NCBI RefSeq assembly: GCF_024298765.1
Contig: NZ_CP101212.1
DNA length: 64,000 bases
Direction: 5' to 3' (one strand)
Source: Escherichia coli
Lineage (GTDB): Bacteria; Pseudomonadota; Gammaproteobacteria; Enterobacterales; Enterobacteriaceae
Shown here: piece by piece, positions 1 to 13,877 of the stretch
Numbering within the stretch: the first letter of the stretch is position 1
Layout: every line of letters begins with the position of its first letter
The notes under the pieces: model-generated
Database searches by the model: none
What the model was told of the DNA's origin: nothing
The model's input: only the letters and a program-made list of their open reading frames with translations
Position numbers and translations under genes: made by a program

Positions 1-978
1 GTGGATAAGTCCTCCGGTGAGCTGGTGACACTGACACCAAACAATAACAACACCGTACAACCTGTGGCGCTGATGCGTCTGGGCGTTTTTGTACCGACCC
101 TTAAATCACTGAAGAACAGTAAAAAAAATACACTGTCACGTACTGATGCCACGGAAGAGCTGACACGTCTTTCCCTGGCCCGTGCTGAGGGATTCGATAA
201 GGTTGAGATCACCGGCCCCCGCCTGGATATGGATAATGATTTCAAGACCTGGGTGGGGATCATTCATTCCTTTGCCCGCCATAACGTGATTGGTGACAAA
301 GTTGAACTGCCTTTTGTTGAGTTTGCAAAACTGTGTGGTATACCTTCAAGCCAGTCATCCCGCAGGCTGCGTGAGCGCATCAGCCCTTCCCTGAAGCGCA
401 TTGCCGGTACCGTGATTTCGTTTTCCCGTACCGATGAGAAGCACACCCGGGAATATATCACCCATCTGGTACAGTCAGCTTACTACGATACTGAGCGGGA
501 TATTGTGCAGTTACAGGCCGATCCCCGCCTGTTTGAACTGTACCAGTTTGACAGAAAAGTCCTTCTCCAGCTTAAGGCGATTAATGCCCTGAAGCGACGG
601 GAGTCCGCCCAGGCACTCTACACCTTTATAGAGAGCCTGCCCCGGGATCCGGCACCGATATCGCTGGCGCGGCTGCGTGCACGCCTCAATCTGAAGTCTC
701 CTGTATTTTCCCAGAACCAGACGGTCAGACGGGCAATGGAGCAGTTGCGCGAGATTGGATATCTTGATTACACGGAGATCCAGCGGGGGCGGACAAAATT
801 CTTCTGTATTCACTACCGGCGTCCCCGGTTAAAAGCGCCGAATGACGAGAGTAAGGAAAATCCGTTGCAACCTTCACCTGCGGAAAAAGTCAGTCCGGAG
901 ATGGCGGAGAAGCTTGCCCTGCTTGAGAAACTGGGCATCACGCTGGATGACCTGGAAAAACTCTTCAAATCCCGCTGA
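1..978 (+). CDS. repA: RepFIB replication initiator RepA (325 aa, GTG start at window edge)
   Basis: Full-length translation recognised as the RepFIB/P307-type RepA; iteron-like repeats immediately downstream. Confidence 0.85.
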   Translation: MDKSSGELVTLTPNNNNTVQPVALMRLGVFVPTLKSLKNSKKNTLSRTDATEELTRLSLARAEGFDKVEITGPRLDMDNDFKTWVGIIHSFARHNVIGDKVELPFVEFAKLCGIPSSQSSRRLRERISPSLKRIAGTVISFSRTDEKHTREYITHLVQSAYYDTERDIVQLQADPRLFELYQFDRKVLLQLKAINALKRRESAQALYTFIESLPRDPAPISLARLRARLNLKSPVFSQNQTVRRAMEQLREIGYLDYTEIQRGRTKFFCIHYRRPRLKAPNDESKENPLQPSPAEKVSPEMAEKLALLEKLGITLDDLEKLFKSR

Positions 979-983
979 ACATA

Positions 984-1246
984 AACTGTAGTCAGTGAAG
1001 AGCGCTCCTTTACTGACTACAGCTTATATTAACCGGCGCAGTGAGTGGTCTGCTCACTGCAGTTTATATTCTGTTTCCTGCAGTGCTGTCTGTAGCTGAG
1101 CTGCCATCTGCCTGTCCCTTACGTAAGTGATCCCGTAACCTGATCCTGAGGCATTGCTCCCTTCATAAAACATGACTTACTCACTACAGCTTATATACAT
1201 GCTCCAGCTTATGTTATGTCTGTTCTGCTGACCACAGCTTATATAA
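984..1246. repeat. RepFIB downstream iteron region: palindrome (ctgtagtcagt...actgactacag) plus at least five cagcttatat-type direct repeats
   Basis: Repeats of acagcttatat / cagtttatat / cagcttatgtt read directly at about 1017, 1057, 1184, 1204, 1232. Confidence 0.55.
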
Positions 1247-1262
1247 GGAAGCGCGTATGCCG

Positions 1263-2003
1263 TCACCTCAGGGGAGGCAGTGTACGCAGGATCTCCGCAG
1301 CATCCCGCCCGTCACCTGTGAAAGGCACTGCCAGCGTGGCAGCCATATCCAGTGCAAACACTCTGGTATAAACCTCCATCGAACGTGGATCCCTGTGACC
1401 AACCAGTGCCTGGATGACTTTCCGGGGCTGGCGGTGATAGAGCATGTGCATGATATAGCTGTGCCGGAAGGTGTGTGGTGTGACCGGAATCGAAAAGTGT
1501 ACTCCGTCAGCTTCGGCCCGTCTGACAGCCTGCTTCAGCCAGTTGCGCATGGTTTCGTCGGTCACGGCCCATAATGGTTCACGACGACGGGGCCGGGTGG
1601 TGATCATCCAGCTTTCCATCTGCCTGACATAGCTTATATCTGTCAGCGGAACCAGGCGCACTTCATCTTTTGGCGGGCGTCCGCGTCGCGCACGCACTTT
1701 TTCGGACAGGATCCGCACAAACGGTCTTACTCCATTCAGGTCAAATGATTCCGGCGTCAGCATCCGGGCTTCGCCAATACGCATTCCGGTATTCCAGAGG
1801 GTGGCGAACAGCATATGGTGACGCTGATCCGGCATATAGAAGAGAAGGGCACTCACTTCCGGGGCCAGCAGGTAGGCCGGTGTGGCCCCCGTGGAAGTGG
1901 CCATTCTTCTCAGGGAGAGCGCTGTTGCAAAATCCACCCCCGGCGCAATGGGTAACAGGGAGACGCGTTCAGGTGAATTCTGCAGGGGAATGACATTGTT
2001 CAT
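1263..2003 (-). CDS. int: Tyrosine site-specific recombinase/integrase associated with RepFIB
   Basis: 246 aa; C-terminal HTFRHSY...LVGH motifs typical of tyrosine recombinases; position next to RepFIB repA. Confidence 0.8.
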   Translation of the reverse strand: MNNVIPLQNSPERVSLLPIAPGVDFATALSLRRMATSTGATPAYLLAPEVSALLFYMPDQRHHMLFATLWNTGMRIGEARMLTPESFDLNGVRPFVRILSEKVRARRGRPPKDEVRLVPLTDISYVRQMESWMITTRPRRREPLWAVTDETMRNWLKQAVRRAEADGVHFSIPVTPHTFRHSYIMHMLYHRQPRKVIQALVGHRDPRSMEVYTRVFALDMAATLAVPFTGDGRDAAEILRTLPPLR

Positions 2004-2685
2004 GAGTTATTTTTCACGTAGCACACGCACTGTTTATGGATACAGGTATTCTGACCTGAACGCCCGGATCCTTCCACGACAATAAATCGCAGCGCGCGGA
2101 TCCTTTTGTTTGATTATCACGCATTATTGCGGGTAAAACCAAATACATAAAGGCGCATTTTGCCGCTGGGATCCCGTCTTAAGCCAGTCATGGTGCGGGC
2201 TGAGGGCTGGTTTACCGTTTTTGGGAGAATTGGGGTAATGCCAGGACAGGCAGAAACGGAAAAAAAATCCTGCAGACGCCCTTAAAAGACAACTGAAAAT
2301 TTCTGACTCCATATTCCTCTGGTTTCAGACTGCTTAATCACATCATCAACCTGATACATAATAAACAGATTCTGTTCACAGAATGAACAATTAAGTAAAT
2401 AGTTAGATTATGCGAAAAAGTACAGATATTTCTCACCATCGTTATTGAATAATATGTCTTCACACAAACAATATTAATATTTTGAGTGTAAGCCCTGACT
2501 CAAAGAAAGAAATGTCTGTTTTCGGAATCAAAAATATATAGTTATCAAAATACATTAATTTCAAATTTGAAATTAATGTAAAACGATTTAGTAAATGTTA
2601 TGACATTATAAATCTACTCCTCCATGTTTAGAGGAGTATTTGCAGACTGGACGCTCTTATATAGTTACTTACCTTTATACATATT

Positions 2686-3594
2686 CTAACATAAGCATTT
2701 ACCAACCTTACAGGGAACAGACCATAGTAGTTTATATTTCCATTCAGGTCTGAATGCACCGATAGAATATATCATCTTTTTATTATTATCCTGACAATAC
2801 CTTCGTGCTTTATCTATATTCAGCCACATAAGGACACTTCCCGGACTTAGTTTCATACAATTCTCATCATTCAGAACTGCACCATTTGGAACGTCATAAT
2901 AAACATTACATGAGCTTTCAGATTTCAGTACTATATCAATAGCACACGGTTTATTATCCCAGAATAGCACATGGCCAAACATAAGTTCTCGTAAGTGAGA
3001 AATAAACATTAACAGATTATCATATTCGTAGCAAGGTAGGGTACCTCCAAACCGGGAATGAAAAAGTGATATATAAGAGCTGGATATTTCTTTATCGGAT
3101 AACTGGCTTATACACTTAATCTCTCCGCCATTCCTGATAAATCTCTGGATTTCATTTCGGCGAGTTTTTTCAAATTTAGGTGAAAAAGATTCCTTTATAA
3201 TACAATTTTGTTTTTTTCTGGCTATTTTCCATGTTGCATTGATAATATTTTGTTTATTTATAATTGATAATTTATTAGTTTTATCCGGAAAAAAACATCT
3301 TGCATGTGGGGAAAAAGGAATTAATACCTCATCAGATGAAAGAGGATAAGACCTTCTTGCCATTATCCCAATTTGTTTTCCATTGCACAGAAAATATGAG
3401 CCTTTGATATCACCATCTTTTTCATAGTGAAAAAAATCAAACTTCCAGTCATGATGTATCATAAAGTATGAAACAACATCCGGATGCATGTTTACACTAC
3501 CACCGTATTTTTCAAAAGTTTTTTTGTACGTTTCGAATGTAGATGGTTTCCAGGCCGTAATAATGCGCTTTATATTTTTAATTGACAAAGTCAT
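2686..3594 (-). CDS. mig-14: Mig-14 family protein (antimicrobial peptide resistance-associated)
   Basis: 302 aa AT-rich ORF directly downstream of hlyF, the arrangement known from ColV-type plasmids. Confidence 0.55.
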   Translation of the reverse strand: MTLSIKNIKRIITAWKPSTFETYKKTFEKYGGSVNMHPDVVSYFMIHHDWKFDFFHYEKDGDIKGSYFLCNGKQIGIMARRSYPLSSDEVLIPFSPHARCFFPDKTNKLSIINKQNIINATWKIARKKQNCIIKESFSPKFEKTRRNEIQRFIRNGGEIKCISQLSDKEISSSYISLFHSRFGGTLPCYEYDNLLMFISHLRELMFGHVLFWDNKPCAIDIVLKSESSCNVYYDVPNGAVLNDENCMKLSPGSVLMWLNIDKARRYCQDNNKKMIYSIGAFRPEWKYKLLWSVPCKVGKCLC

Positions 3595-3656
3595 ATCCTC
3601 GGCGTTTTTATATGTTATGAGTGCAACACCAACAATAATTCTGATTATGATAAATA

Positions 3657-4766
3657 TTATTTAAAATCAACTTCCATTTGTTGTTGAATTGAAAGGTGTT
3701 TTGTCGTTTCTATACAGTATTTAATATAATCAGTAAACTTTGGCGGTTTAGGCATTCCGATACTCAGTAGCTTGTCGTTACTGAAACAAACATTGAGCAT
3801 ACTGAACGCTCCATATAAACGAATGGCTTTTAACATAAGGCGTTCGTTACAGGGACCAAAAATATTTTTAAAATCATGACGGCTCATTGCCAGTATGTCA
3901 TAACTGACTTTAGTATATCTGTCTCCAACAGGATCACAGTTCAAAGCACGGGCTACAGCTTCGTCAATAGCAGAGAACGTCACACTACTTTCTTTACCTG
4001 CTGATATATGAACAATCTCACCATTAATTAACGAACTTTCAAGCAACATTAGCAATGCATCAGCACAATAATCTACAGGGATAACATCTATTTTATCATC
4101 CAGAGAGCACATAAATTTTTGCAACATTAACCCCATTCTGAATACCCAGAAAATACTGGTTGAAGGTAAGCACCCTAAACGACTGTGGCCAACAATAATT
4201 GATGGTCGGGCAACCAACAAAGGTAAATCAGGACACTGCTTACGCATCAGATATTCTATTGTTGCTTTTGAATGCGTATACTCCACTAAATGTTCACCTG
4301 TTTCTGATGAAGCAGACTCTTCCTTAACTAGCGACCCCGTATGAGGTGTACAAGACATAGCAGTACCAACATGAAGGAAGCGTTTCAGTCCTGCCACTTT
4401 TGCCATTCTTCTTGCAAAAGCAAGTGTACCTGTAACATTCACATTCCATATAAAAGGATTATTACCAAAAGAAGCTATAGCCGCACAGTTTATAACATGA
4501 GTGACTTCATCAAGACGAGGATCCATGAGAAAGGCTTCCGGATTATTTAGATCCCCAGGCAAGATGTTATCATTAGTTAATGCATGCAACCTTTCCTCAC
4601 AAACATTAAATTTACGCATATTTTCTTTAATTCTTTCCAGTCCCGCTTGTGGAGTAGGTGCTCGTACTAAAAGTAGCAAATTTATATTATTACAGTTATC
4701 CAGCAGCTTATCCAGGACCGCGCCACCAAGAAATCCTGTTGCACCTGTAAGTAATAACAATTTCAT
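3657..4766 (-). CDS. hlyF: HlyF, NAD(P)-binding SDR/epimerase-family protein
   Basis: 369 aa; N-terminal TGATGFLG Rossmann motif; position between mig-14 and ompT. Confidence 0.7.
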   Translation of the reverse strand: MKLLLLTGATGFLGGAVLDKLLDNCNNINLLLLVRAPTPQAGLERIKENMRKFNVCEERLHALTNDNILPGDLNNPEAFLMDPRLDEVTHVINCAAIASFGNNPFIWNVNVTGTLAFARRMAKVAGLKRFLHVGTAMSCTPHTGSLVKEESASSETGEHLVEYTHSKATIEYLMRKQCPDLPLLVARPSIIVGHSRLGCLPSTSIFWVFRMGLMLQKFMCSLDDKIDVIPVDYCADALLMLLESSLINGEIVHISAGKESSVTFSAIDEAVARALNCDPVGDRYTKVSYDILAMSRHDFKNIFGPCNERLMLKAIRLYGAFSMLNVCFSNDKLLSIGMPKPPKFTDYIKYCIETTKHLSIQQQMEVDFK

Positions 4767-5198
4767 ATCTAACCTCTTTTGTTTTCATGTAATCATTATA
4801 AAAATAAATTATCTTACATAAACTATGATTAAACAAAATCAAGAGAGATTAAATGTAAAAACAATGTTTATTTTTATACGACAGGATCCTTCAGGTTATT
4901 GCGAGTGTTTTTATTGGATGGTCTTCTTATTATTGACGAGTAATAGAATTATAATAAAATTCATATTATTAACATCGCTTATCAATTATTTTTATGTCGA
5001 TAACACTGTGTCGTTATGCATGAAGAGTGGCAGAGCAGCATCTTTAAAAATACAAGAGTTAACAGAAACACTTTTATCGTTGAGCACATATACCCTCCAC
5101 ATATTATAAAAAATCAAAAGACCACCATCAGAAGTGCTGGCCTTTTGTTTATCATATTTAAAGTGTCATGAAAAAGTTAAAAACAGGCATGCTTCAGG

Positions 5199-6158
5199 TT
5201 AAAAATAATACTTCAGACCAGCTGTGGTCATAAAGTTATAGCTTTCAATGCCTGCACCATTTTTGGTGTGATCAGATATATTCAAATTTCTGGAGTACAG
5301 AGAAGTATCACCTTTCTTATTAGTAATACGGTTCCATGTTCCTTCGACATAAACTTTAGCTGCAGGTGTAATATAATAACCAGCATGTAGTGAGACAGAG
5401 TAATAGTTCTGATTATTTACATCGCTACGATAGGTGATCCTTTTCTCAGGGTTGTAATGCTCATCATTATCCGATGCCTTCACCCATCCGCTATATTTGA
5501 AACTCCCCCCGAACTCAAAGCTATCATACCGATAATTACCGGTTAACCCTATATAGGGCATTTTAAAGTGTTGTTTGTAGCCTATAGCTCTTTCACCATC
5601 TGGAAATGATCCCGTTTCATCCCGGAAGCCTCCCTCACTACTATAGATATAAGAGCCTCCTTTTGCTGTAAAGCTATAACGATTTTCCTGGTAACCAGCC
5701 ATAAGACCTAACTGATAGTCTGGTTGATTCAGGAGCCATCCCTTAATATTCAGGTCGAATTCATTAGCAAAATTTAGACGGGTATTCGGATGTTTACTCT
5801 CATCAGTCCAGGTTCCGGGATTGCTCGTATCCAGCCAGTCCCTGTCCACCATATTGCCTCCACGACCAGCTAATGTTGTCCACCCTGAGGCACCGACAGA
5901 TACTCTGGGTAACAGATCCCAGTTAAATGCCCCCTTGACAATTGGCGCATTACTGTATTTCCAGTCCAGCTGGCTGGCTTTGCGCCCTTTTTCTTCAGGC
6001 AGATAAACCCGTTCTTTGGCCTTGCCACTTAAAGTGCCAAAATCAATCTCCGTACTGATTTTCTCCGGTGTAAAAGAAAGCCCAGTATCAGAAGCCAGTG
6101 CAGCAAACGCTACAGGAGCTGAGAGTGCAGTAGCAAGAATCTTTAAGTACATAGACAA
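5199..6158 (-). CDS. ompT: Omptin-family outer-membrane protease (plasmid-borne OmpT)
   Basis: 319 aa with signal peptide and beta-barrel terminal F; omptin-like sequence throughout. Confidence 0.85.
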   Translation of the reverse strand: MSMYLKILATALSAPVAFAALASDTGLSFTPEKISTEIDFGTLSGKAKERVYLPEEKGRKASQLDWKYSNAPIVKGAFNWDLLPRVSVGASGWTTLAGRGGNMVDRDWLDTSNPGTWTDESKHPNTRLNFANEFDLNIKGWLLNQPDYQLGLMAGYQENRYSFTAKGGSYIYSSEGGFRDETGSFPDGERAIGYKQHFKMPYIGLTGNYRYDSFEFGGSFKYSGWVKASDNDEHYNPEKRITYRSDVNNQNYYSVSLHAGYYITPAAKVYVEGTWNRITNKKGDTSLYSRNLNISDHTKNGAGIESYNFMTTAGLKYYF

Positions 6159-7394
6159 GTTAACTCCATTCCACTCGTTTGTTTTTGATAAATATTTTTT
6201 TATTTACTCGTAGTAGTCAACTGAAAAATGCTGTTTTGTTTAACGTTTGTTTACAATGTGGCCGCATGTCGCTTTATTTATTCCCTTTTATGTCAGAATA
6301 TCAGGGGAGTCAGTCAAACCCGGTATGATTACTGCCCCGGTCATCCATGTTCCAGGAAATATCAGGGCATACAGGGTGCTGGTAACTGCGAATAAGGCCC
6401 TGGTCGGACACTTTATGCCGGGAACGTCTGTAACATGGAAACCGGTACCTTCTTCCTGGGTTTATTTTGTTAACTCTTATCTAAAGGGAGACAAAATGGC
6501 CAAATCCTGCGATTATGAAGCAATCAGGGTTTTTATTAGCGTTAATGTCGGCAAATATACCAATAACGCCATTACAGTTAATTATTCAGATAGCGTTTGT
6601 GCGACAAGGCATTACCATTCGACGAAAATAAACTCAGGTGGTTGATATCAGAAATCAACCGTGGCTCCACCTACAAAAAAAGTTGCTGGTTTATAAATCC
6701 CTCCTTTCTGATTAATAAGAAAACTAATAACATATGAGTATAATTACTTGTTCAGATAGGTTAATTATCTTCGTGATTGATATTTATTTGGTTTCAGTAA
6801 AAATGATGTTTTTATTATAAAGTTTATAAATACCAAGTCGGTGGTGTTTATTAGTGTAATGGAGGGGAGTGCGTAAATCGTTACATGTAACACTTCCTTC
6901 CAATAATACTTTATAAATCAATAAATGTATGATTACTTATTTCCTGAAATATCACATATATTGCTATATTTCTTAACGAGATATTCTTATTTTATTGATG
7001 ATTGCATCTCTTTTATTTAATGTAAAGCTTTCTTATTAATCTTCTAATGTATTGCAAAATGGTAGATGCTGAGTAATCAACAGACTTGTATGTAAAGTCA
7101 AGATTAACGTTGCTAAAGCACGCATCAATTTTCTGATAAAAGGATGTGGTTGTTTTTTTCGATAAAAAAAATTCTTGTCTAACCGCTGGTGAAATAAGAT
7201 TATTATTACCCCGGATTAATACTGAGCCTAACAATAGAATACAAAAAAAACAAAATGCTTTAAATAAGGGGAGCACTATAAGTTATCCTCTTTACTTTAT
7301 GCTTACCAACTCATTTTGTTACTTTATAACATAACTCATCTTGCGTTGTAAACAGACTCGTTTTAGTTCCATGCACCTTTTGAGATCGTGACCA

Positions 7395-7620
7395 AATAAT
7401 GGCGTTAGTGATGTTCTTCCAGTGTCATATGGTTAAGTGGTTGATATGGCGTTCACTGTTATATTCTGACAACCAGTTTGCCGCCAGTTCCCGCTTTTCA
7501 TCCAGCGTTCTGAACAGACAAAAACCGAGTATTTTTGTTCGGTATGTCCGGTTAAAACTCTCGATAAAAGCGTTCTGCGCCAACTTACCTGATTGGGTAA
7601 TCTCCAGTTTTACTACATGT
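7395..7620 (-). pseudogene. IS3-family transposase orfB 3' fragment
   Basis: Minus-strand translation gives ...GKLAQNAFIESFNRTYR...WLSEYNSERH..., the conserved IS3-family C-terminus; no N-terminal part present. Confidence 0.4.
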
Positions 7621-7766
7621 TTTTCTGCGCATTACGTCCGTGTTGGATAAAAAAAATCCTGGCCATAATCTATGCGAATCATAGCTGGATAGACATGGTT
7701 TTCCGCAATCCTTGAACCGCCCCGGGAATCCTGGAGACTAAACTCCCTGAGAAAGAGGTAAACAGG

Positions 7767-8093
7767 ATGACTAAAAATACTCGTTTTTCCCCCGAAGTCC
7801 GTCAGAGGGCGATTCGTATGGTTCTGGAAAGTCAGGGCGAATATGACTCACAGTGGGCGGCAATTTGTTCCATTGCCCCAAAGATTGGCTGTACACCGGA
7901 GACTCTGCGTGTCTGGGTACGCCAGCATGAGCGGGATACCGGAGGCGGTGATGGCGGGCTCACCACCGCTGAACGTCAGCGTCTGAAAGAGCTGGAACGT
8001 GAAAATCGTGAACTGCGCCGCAGTAACGATATCCTTCGCCAGGCTTCCGCTTATTTTGCGAAGGCGGAGTTCGACCGCCTCTGGAAAAAATGA
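7767..8093 (+). CDS. IS629-like transposase OrfA (HTH)
   Basis: 108 aa, recognised as IS629/IS1203-type OrfA. Confidence 0.8.
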   Translation: MTKNTRFSPEVRQRAIRMVLESQGEYDSQWAAICSIAPKIGCTPETLRVWVRQHERDTGGGDGGLTTAERQRLKELERENRELRRSNDILRQASAYFAKAEFDRLWKK

Positions 8094-8966
8094 TGCCACT
8101 GCTGGATAAGCTGCGTGAGCAGTACGGGGTCGGACCGCTATGCAGCGAACTGCATATTGCCCCGTCAACGTATTACCACTGTCAGCAACAGCGACATCAT
8201 CCGGATAAACGCAGTGCCCGTGCGCAGCGCGATGACTGGCTGAAGAGAGAGATACAGCGCGTATACGATGTACGGTGTGCGTAAAGTCTGGCGTCAGTTG
8301 TTACGGGAAGGAATCAGGGTGGCCAGATGTACAGTGGCGCGCCTCATGGCGGTTATGGGACTTTCCGGTGTTCTCCGGGGTAAAAAGGTCCGCACTACCG
8401 TCAGCCGGAAAGCCGTTGTCGCAGGCGACCGCGTAAACCGTCAGTTCGTGGCAGAACGTCCTGACCAGTTGTGGGTGGCTGATTCTACTTACGTCAGCAC
8501 ATGGCAGGGGGTCGTCTATGTGGCGTTCATCATTGATGTGTTTGCCGGATACATCGTGGGGTGGCGGGTCTCATCGTCTATGGAAACGACATTTGTGCTG
8601 GATGCTCTGGAGCAGGCGTTATGGGCCCGTCGACCGTCCGGCACAGTCCATCACAGTGATAAAGGTTCTCAGTATGTATCGCTGGCCTACACACAGCGGC
8701 TTAAGGAAGCCGGATTACTGGCATCAACAGGAAGTACAGGCGACTCGTATGACAACGCGATGGCGGAGAGCATCAATGGCCTTTACAAAGCGGAGGTAAT
8801 ACACCGTAAGAGCTGGAAAAACCGTGCAGAAGTGGAACTGGCCACACTCACGTGGGTGGACTGGTATAACAATCGACGATTGCTGGAAAGGCTGGGCCAT
8901 ACTCCTCCGGCAGAAGCAGAAAAAGCTTATTATGCTTCCATCGGAAACGATGATCTGGCAGCCTGA
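8090..8966 (+). pseudogene. IS629-like transposase OrfB, split between two frames near 8270
   Basis: ORFs 8090..8284 and 8268..8966 are in different frames; DDE core intact in second piece. Confidence 0.55.
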
Positions 8967-9105
8967 GTTCACAGATAAAACACTCTCCAGGAAACCCGGG
9001 GCGGTTCACCTACAGAGTACCGCTACCACTTGTGAAGCTGGCAGATTCAGATTGTTTTCAATCGACAACGCCTCATAGTTAAAGTCATCAACGACATTGA
9101 ACGTG

Positions 9106-11737
<2,632 letters not shown>

Positions 11738-11819
11738 CACACCTGTATAGCGGCGTAATCCCCAAAAACGATGCTGGTTGTCAGTAAACAAGCCATGAAT
11801 GACAGTCGTTCCTGAAATC

Positions 11820-12060
11820 ATAAGACCTGGAGGAGTGTATGCTCCGTCGCAGTAATTACCACGATACGCTTGCAGAATTTTTTCCAGTTACTGAAGCGTG
11901 AACGGATAAAGAAAAAGCTCTTCGGAACGCGGGAAGACGCCTCCAACGATATTTTTGAACATCGAAATGTTTTATAACAATAAGCGTCGGCATGGTTCCT
12001 GCGAACAGATGTCAACAATAGAATATAAAAACAATTATTATCAACAACTTGGAAGGAGTA
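11820..12060 (+). pseudogene. IS3-family orfB 3' fragment, frameshifted
   Basis: Plus-strand translation ...NFFQLLKRERIKKKLFGTREDASNDIFE / FYNNKRRHGSCEQMSTIEYKNNYY across two frames. Confidence 0.35.
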
Positions 12061-12668
12061 AGACTACTCGTGGCGATTCAATATTAGATCATTGATGGAG
12101 ATATAAATGGCTCACTTTTTATCGGTTGTTGACGATACGTTTATCAAGTATACATGAAAATTTCTTCATACCAGCTATATGAGACGTTAAGACTAATAAT
12201 CTTACTCCCAAAATGACTATGTTGTTGCAGTTTGGTTTATTGACTCTTGTCTATAGTTCACCGAATGCCAAGATGAGGGAGCGAGGAACTTTACTGTCTA
12301 CGCCTCTCTTCCTGGTTACAAAGACAAGCGTAAAACTCACCATCCATTAGAACTAAAGGCACTTTCCTGAGCAGAGTTTTCATCTGCAAGATAAAAGCTA
12401 TTTTACAGCCGTAAAGTCCAGTGAAACGAAAGAGAGGTTAGTGAATTAATTACTTGATGTATTAAAGTATAATGGGCGTAGATAACACCTTAATACGAAA
12501 TCTTGTCAGGCTTTCCCGGTAATTAGTAATACTGTTGAAACAAAGCGAGAGGGGGTTAGCCCAATTTACGCAAATAAATAATAATCTTGATTATGATTAA
12601 TTCCAAATAAGTATATTTTTCCAGTAGATGCTGGGCATTAACTAAGAAAACCCAGAATACCACTTTCA

Positions 12669-13877
12669 TTGTTATGGAAAACATGGACAATGTTAATGAA
12701 ATATATTTCTCACCGCGCCATCATTTGTACCTTGACACTGTTGATCATTATTATCACCGTTTTGTTCACCTTTCTGAGAAGCTCTGATGTGCCAGAATAT
12801 ATTACTGCCCCGGTGCGCAAAGGCGATATAGAAAATTCTGTTCTGGCGACAGGCCGTATTGATGCAATTGAACGGGTAAACGTAGGGGCACAGGTATCAG
12901 GGCAATTAAAATCACTGAAAGTGAAACAGGGCGACCATGTGACTAAAGGGCAGTTGATTGCCGAAATTGACGACCTACCTCAGTGTAACGATTTGCGTAA
13001 TGCCGAAGCTGCACTCAACGAAGTGAAAGCAGAACTTCAATCCAAGCAGGCGCTCCTGAAACAGGCTGAACTGCGTTTTAAACGCCAGCTCCGGATGCTA
13101 AGAGAAAATGCCAGCTCACACGAAGATTTTGAGTCTGCGGAGGCAATGCTTGCGACCACTCGCGCTGAATTACATTCTCTGAATGCCAAACTGGTCCAGG
13201 CACAGATAGAAGTAGATAAGAAAAAGCTTGCCCTTGAATATACGCGAGTCGTAGCGCCAATGGATGGAATTGTTATTGCCATTGTCACTCAGCAAGGGCA
13301 AACCGTTAACTCAAACCAGAGTGCCCCAACAATTATTAAACTCGCTCGTCTGGATGTCATGACCATTAAAGCACAGATCTCCGAGGCTGATATAACCCGT
13401 ATTTCTGTGGGGCAAAAAGCCCGCTTCTCTATCTTCTCCGAACCGGACAAGCACTACAGCGCAACACTGCGTGCCGTTGAACTGGCACCAGAATCGGTAA
13501 TGAAAGATGACTCTCTCGCCAGCAACACTTCAGCATCAGGCTCCGGAACTTCAAATGCGTCCGTTTATTACAATGCTCTATTCGATGTGCCTAACCCAGA
13601 AAATCGACTTCGTATTGCCATGACTGCTCAGGTTACCCTGATTACTGATGAAGCCCAAAATACACTGCTGGTACCCATTCAGGCAGTGCACAGAAATGAG
13701 GGGAAGAAGCAACAGGTCCTGGTGCTGGCAGCAGATGGCAGGCTGGAACCCCGGAATGTGAAAACTGGTATCACGAACAGCGTGGATATTCAGATCCTCG
13801 AAGGTTTAAATGTCGGAGAAAATGTCGTGCTGTCGCTGCCGGATAAGAAAGAGCCCGAAGAAAGGATTATGCTGTGA
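12669..13877 (+). CDS. etsA: Membrane fusion (HlyD/MacA-like) periplasmic adaptor of the Ets efflux/secretion system
   Basis: 402 aa with N-terminal TM, coiled coil; overlaps start of the next gene. Confidence 0.8.
   Translation: MLWKTWTMLMKYISHRAIICTLTLLIIIITVLFTFLRSSDVPEYITAPVRKGDIENSVLATGRIDAIERVNVGAQVSGQLKSLKVKQGDHVTKGQLIAEIDDLPQCNDLRNAEAALNEVKAELQSKQALLKQAELRFKRQLRMLRENASSHEDFESAEAMLATTRAELHSLNAKLVQAQIEVDKKKLALEYTRVVAPMDGIVIAIVTQQGQTVNSNQSAPTIIKLARLDVMTIKAQISEADITRISVGQKARFSIFSEPDKHYSATLRAVELAPESVMKDDSLASNTSASGSGTSNASVYYNALFDVPNPENRLRIAMTAQVTLITDEAQNTLLVPIQAVHRNEGKKQQVLVLAADGRLEPRNVKTGITNSVDIQILEGLNVGENVVLSLPDKKEPEERIML

Larger units (their letters stand above)
7714..9008 (+). mobile_element. 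IS629-like IS3-family insertion sequence
   Basis: Terminal TGAACCGCCCCGGG at 7714 and its inverted complement ending 9008; orfA and orfB in -1 frame arrangement. Confidence 0.75.

Noticed and set aside
264-813. Minus-strand ORFs (65 and 100 aa) inside repA
   Set aside because: Antisense to a well-supported full-length gene; no motifs; typical overprinting artefacts.
1257-1993. Plus-strand ORFs (105 and 107 aa) overlapping int
   Set aside because: Opposite strand of the tyrosine recombinase gene; GC-rich frame artefacts.
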